Source of the DNA: Aliivibrio fischeri ES114 | GTDB lineage: Bacteria > Pseudomonadota > Gammaproteobacteria > Enterobacterales > Vibrionaceae | Assembly (NCBI RefSeq): GCF_000011805.1 | Contig: NC_006841.2 | Reading direction: 5' to 3' (one strand) | Length of the DNA: 32,000 nucleotides | Shown here: in pieces, positions 28,786-32,000 of the stretch | Numbering within the stretch: the first letter of the stretch is position 1 | How the letters are laid out: the number at the start of each line of letters is the position of its first letter | The notes under the pieces: model-generated | What the model was told of the DNA's origin: nothing | Database searches by the model: none | Seen by the model: only the letters and a program-made list of their open reading frames with translations | Position numbers and translations under genes: made by a program

Positions 28786-31194
28786 TCAGTAGCTATTGGA
28801 TAAATCATACACTCGGAGTGTATTTTTTAGAGTTTCGATATCATCACCAAGATACTCAATGGTTACCGGTTTTTCAGGTAATAATGTAAAACTCGAGTCA
28901 CTAAATTGTCCTTTACCGTCATGTTCTAAGTGAACAAAGAAAGCAGGATTATCTGATTGAAGGGTAAGCATCGTTCCTGATTGAATAAGATTGATTTTAG
29001 CCTTCTTCATTGTTAGCTGTTTGAGTTTAGGGGTTGCAAACCACGTGTTTTGAATAGACTCTCCGTTAACTTCGATTTCAATAAAGAAAAAGCTATTATT
29101 CTCACTAACTTGGAATTTTTCTTTACTTAATGACCAAATAACATCATTGCCATCTTCCTCAATGGTGTAATTTACAGCCCATTTACCCAGTAGTTCCCCA
29201 TTAAAATCCATCCAATAAACAGTGCCATCAATATGAGCTTCGGTTCGATGATCATTGACCGCTCGAATGCGTAATTCAGAATTTGTTTCTTCAAAAGGCA
29301 CGTAAGTTGGCGCGAAGAAGCGTTTCGCATGATAATGAAGCTGCTTCCAACGACCGCTGTATTCAATACTCGACCATGAACTCACAGGCCAATTATCATT
29401 GAGTTGCCAATAGAGCATGCCTCGACATATAGGACTGATTGCACGCCAATATTCGCAACCAGTTTTAATCGCAATGGCTTGTTGTACTTGGCTTAAATAT
29501 AGCATTTGTTCAAAGTTAGATGGAAAGCGGAAGTAACGAGTAAACATCTCAGTGATGATGCTATTACCACGTCCATTTTTTTGGTGTCCTTCAAAGGTCG
29601 GAGACGTGACATTCCAGTCTTCTTCAGGAACAAAGGTTTTTACCTCTGAAAAAGAAGGCCAAGACTGAAAACCAAACTCAGAGCAAAAGCGTGGTTTGAT
29701 ATCTTGATAAGCATCAAATGATTTTCCTGAGTGCCAAACATCCCAAAAGTGCATATCACCGCGGTTATCATTATGCCAAGCATCACCAAAATCCATATCG
29801 CCATTACAAGGAGAGCTAGTCCAGAATCGACGACTTGGATCTTCTTCTGCAATCCATTGAGCAATATTGCGATTTAAGCGATCGTAATTAACCGTATAGG
29901 TTGTTTTATTGTTCTTAGATTCATCGTACCAACCAATCGCTCCAATAACTTCGTTATCGCCACACCAAAGAACAATTGAGGGATGATCTTTTAAGCGCTG
30001 AATTTGTTGTCGGATCTCAGGTTCAACGTCTTTTAAAAATGCATCCGTAGAAGGATAAAGGGAGCAAGCAAACATCATGTCTTGCCATACCATTAATCCC
30101 AGTTCATCACAGAGATCGTAGAATAGTTCGGACTCATATTGACCACCTCCCCAAACACGGATCATGTTCATGTTAGCGTCTTTAGCACTGGTTAATAATT
30201 CTCGGTAACGGCTTTCAGACTCAAGGCTTGGCATTGCATCCATAGGGATCCAATTCGCTCCTTTTGAGTTAATAGGAAAACCATTAATCACAAATTCCAT
30301 CGCTGAGCCAATTTCATCATTTTTGTTATTAAGCTCTAATTGACGTAAGCCAACTCTTTTTGTGATTGTTTGTTCATCCAGTTCAACGGTGAGTGAATAT
30401 AAAGGTTGCTCACCGTAGCCAGAAGGCCACCAAAGTTCAGGATTTTCAATATGGAAAATGGTGCTTGTTTCACCACTCTCATGGCTAATTAACGTGTGAA
30501 TTTCGTCATTGAAATTAACGGTAATCGCTTGTCCCGCAATACACTCATGTTTAACATTAACCGTAAGATCAACAGCACCTTGATACCAAATTTGTGCAGT
30601 TTCGATTGAGCTTAATTCAATCTTTTTTACAACCTCAATATAAATTGGATCATAGATACCAGAAACCATTAAGCAAATTCCCCAATCCCAACCAGAGTGG
30701 CATTGTGTTTTGCGTATTAGGTTCATGTGTGGAAGCTGGTTATTCCCTACCGCCCATGGGATAGGCATAGGTAATTTCTTCGCTCTTGATAGCGCCTCTT
30801 CATCGACTCGAGAGAAATGAACTGAAATCGTGTTATCACCCGGTTTAACAAATGGTTTGATATCAATGCGGTGGCGTTGAAATTGGTTAGTAGAGCTTAA
30901 AACAAGTTCATTATTAATAAAGACATTAGCCAATGTATCAACACGACTTAAATTGAGTATTAAAGATGCAGCACTCATCTCTTGTGGTGAAAGAGAAAAT
31001 TCTTGAGATAGATGCCAATCGCATTCTCTTACCCATTGAACCTCATTTTCGTTCGTTCCCATATATGGATTGGTAATGATCCCTGCTTGGTATAAAGCAT
31101 GGTAATTATCGCCGGGAACCGTCATTGGAATTGCAAGATGCGAATGCGCTGGAGAGGTGAGTATCCATTTGCCATTAAGAGAAATTTGCGACAT
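28786..31194 (-). CDS. Glycoside hydrolase family 2 beta-mannosidase, probably cytoplasmic
   Basis: Acid/base region HPSIVLWCGDNEV; nucleophile region RFCSEFGFQSWPS; RGMLYWQLNDNWPVSSWSSIEYSGRWKQLHYHAKRFFAP; no evident signal peptide. Confidence 0.92.
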   Translation of the reverse strand: MSQISLNGKWILTSPAHSHLAIPMTVPGDNYHALYQAGIITNPYMGTNENEVQWVRECDWHLSQEFSLSPQEMSAASLILNLSRVDTLANVFINNELVLSSTNQFQRHRIDIKPFVKPGDNTISVHFSRVDEEALSRAKKLPMPIPWAVGNNQLPHMNLIRKTQCHSGWDWGICLMVSGIYDPIYIEVVKKIELSSIETAQIWYQGAVDLTVNVKHECIAGQAITVNFNDEIHTLISHESGETSTIFHIENPELWWPSGYGEQPLYSLTVELDEQTITKRVGLRQLELNNKNDEIGSAMEFVINGFPINSKGANWIPMDAMPSLESESRYRELLTSAKDANMNMIRVWGGGQYESELFYDLCDELGLMVWQDMMFACSLYPSTDAFLKDVEPEIRQQIQRLKDHPSIVLWCGDNEVIGAIGWYDESKNNKTTYTVNYDRLNRNIAQWIAEEDPSRRFWTSSPCNGDMDFGDAWHNDNRGDMHFWDVWHSGKSFDAYQDIKPRFCSEFGFQSWPSFSEVKTFVPEEDWNVTSPTFEGHQKNGRGNSIITEMFTRYFRFPSNFEQMLYLSQVQQAIAIKTGCEYWRAISPICRGMLYWQLNDNWPVSSWSSIEYSGRWKQLHYHAKRFFAPTYVPFEETNSELRIRAVNDHRTEAHIDGTVYWMDFNGELLGKWAVNYTIEEDGNDVIWSLSKEKFQVSENNSFFFIEIEVNGESIQNTWFATPKLKQLTMKKAKINLIQSGTMLTLQSDNPAFFVHLEHDGKGQFSDSSFTLLPEKPVTIEYLGDDIETLKNTLRVYDLSNSY

Positions 31195-31640
31195 AAAAAA
31201 TCCTTCTGATGCCGTATATAGTGAAGAAATTGCAAGAAGTGTATGTCTGAAAGCAGAGAAAATATGTGACTCTATTCTCGGATGAGAGTGAATCCTTTTT
31301 ATAAATTCAATAATTTAGATCGTAGCCACAATTCAAATGTGTGTTGTTTATTATCTATCCTTAATATTAATGGAATGATGTGTTGTTATTAGGTGCGGAA
31401 CGCCATACACTATCCTAATTAATAGACTTGTTTGGAAGTATAGATTGATTGAATGTGTTCTTGGTTCAATTTTGAATTTAATCTTATTGATGCAAATCAT
31501 TATATATAATTCTAGTGAATGCATTCGTTATCTGTCAGTTGTATAAGACATTCAGGATTTTATTTGGTGTAGTCCAAAATGAAGCAGCAAAGTGCTGTTA
31601 TTTTGAGTTTAAATGGAATTTATAGTAGTTAGGCACGATC

Positions 31641-32000
31641 ATGTACAAAAATATCTCAATAAAAAATAAGTTAACCCTCATGTTTGTGGTGGTTATCTTG
31701 GTTATGGCGTCAATTCAAACTTATATGACAGGTAAGCAATTGATGAAAGAAACACATCGGTCTGTTGAGCAATTTTCATTAGCTATTACACAATCCAGTA
31801 TTGCGGGTATTGAGAAGTGGATTGATGGGAAGGTGCAGATCTTATTAGCGACAGAAAAATCGTTTTCTTATTCGGATAAACCAATTAGCTACTTTGCTCA
31901 AGCAGAAAAAGCAGGTCAATTTGATATTACTTATGCAGGTTTATCAACGGGTGAATTTTACCAAAGCCGAAATCTTCCCGTACCAGAGGGGTATGACCCA
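31641..32000 (+). CDS. Methyl-accepting chemotaxis protein, N-terminal part (periplasmic Cache-type sensor), continues beyond right edge
   Basis: Hand translation from ATG 31641: MYKNISIKNKLTLMFVVVILVMASIQTYMTGKQLMKETHRSVEQFSLAITQSSIAGIEKWIDGKVQILLATEKSFSYSDKPISYFAQAEKAGQFDITYAGLSTGEFYQ.... Confidence 0.75.
   Translation, partial: MYKNISIKNKLTLMFVVVILVMASIQTYMTGKQLMKETHRSVEQFSLAITQSSIAGIEKWIDGKVQILLATEKSFSYSDKPISYFAQAEKAGQFDITYAGLSTGEFYQSRNLPVPEGYDP

Noticed and set aside
1-32000. CRISPR arrays, tRNA/rRNA genes, insertion sequences, phage genes, toxin-antitoxin or retron-like elements
   Set aside because: No repeat-spacer pattern, RNA-gene signature, transposase, integrase or reverse transcriptase motif was seen. 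Apart from the intergenic gaps, the sequence is explained by conventional coding regions.

Overview
This 32 kb window comes from a gammaproteobacterial chromosome and looks Vibrionaceae/Aliivibrio-like (inference from gene content and AT-richness). I found no tRNA, rRNA, CRISPR array or insertion sequence. Left part: the 5' end of a Tat-exported DMSO-reductase-type molybdoenzyme (off the left edge), divergent from a TorD/DmsD-family chaperone and a NapF-type ferredoxin. These are followed by a TPR+DUF218 protein, gamma-glutamyltransferase, an MBL-fold hydrolase divergent from a TetR regulator, a lipase-like lipoprotein, an astacin-family metalloprotease with a probable C-terminal beta/gamma-crystallin domain, a frame-disrupted small secreted protein, an M3 peptidase, a PAS chemoreceptor and an NCS2 purine permease. 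Centre (15.6-26.9 kb), the most interesting part: minus-strand genes resembling E. coli ydj/ynj genes (ynjF-, ynjD-, ynjC-, ynjB-like and a TVP38 protein). They sit with an HdrB-like CCG Fe-S protein, a GltD/HdrC-like FAD/Fe-S oxidoreductase and an exported rhodanese. Divergent from them is a TtrS/TtrR (tetrathionate/thiosulfate)-like two-component system. The shared intergenic region holds a perfect 9+2+9 bp palindrome and an FNR-like box. I propose this as a candidate sulfur-compound sensing and redox module; its function is not established. Right part: a NAD(P)-binding oxidoreductase, a LysR regulator, a GH2 beta-mannosidase and the 5' end of a chemoreceptor.
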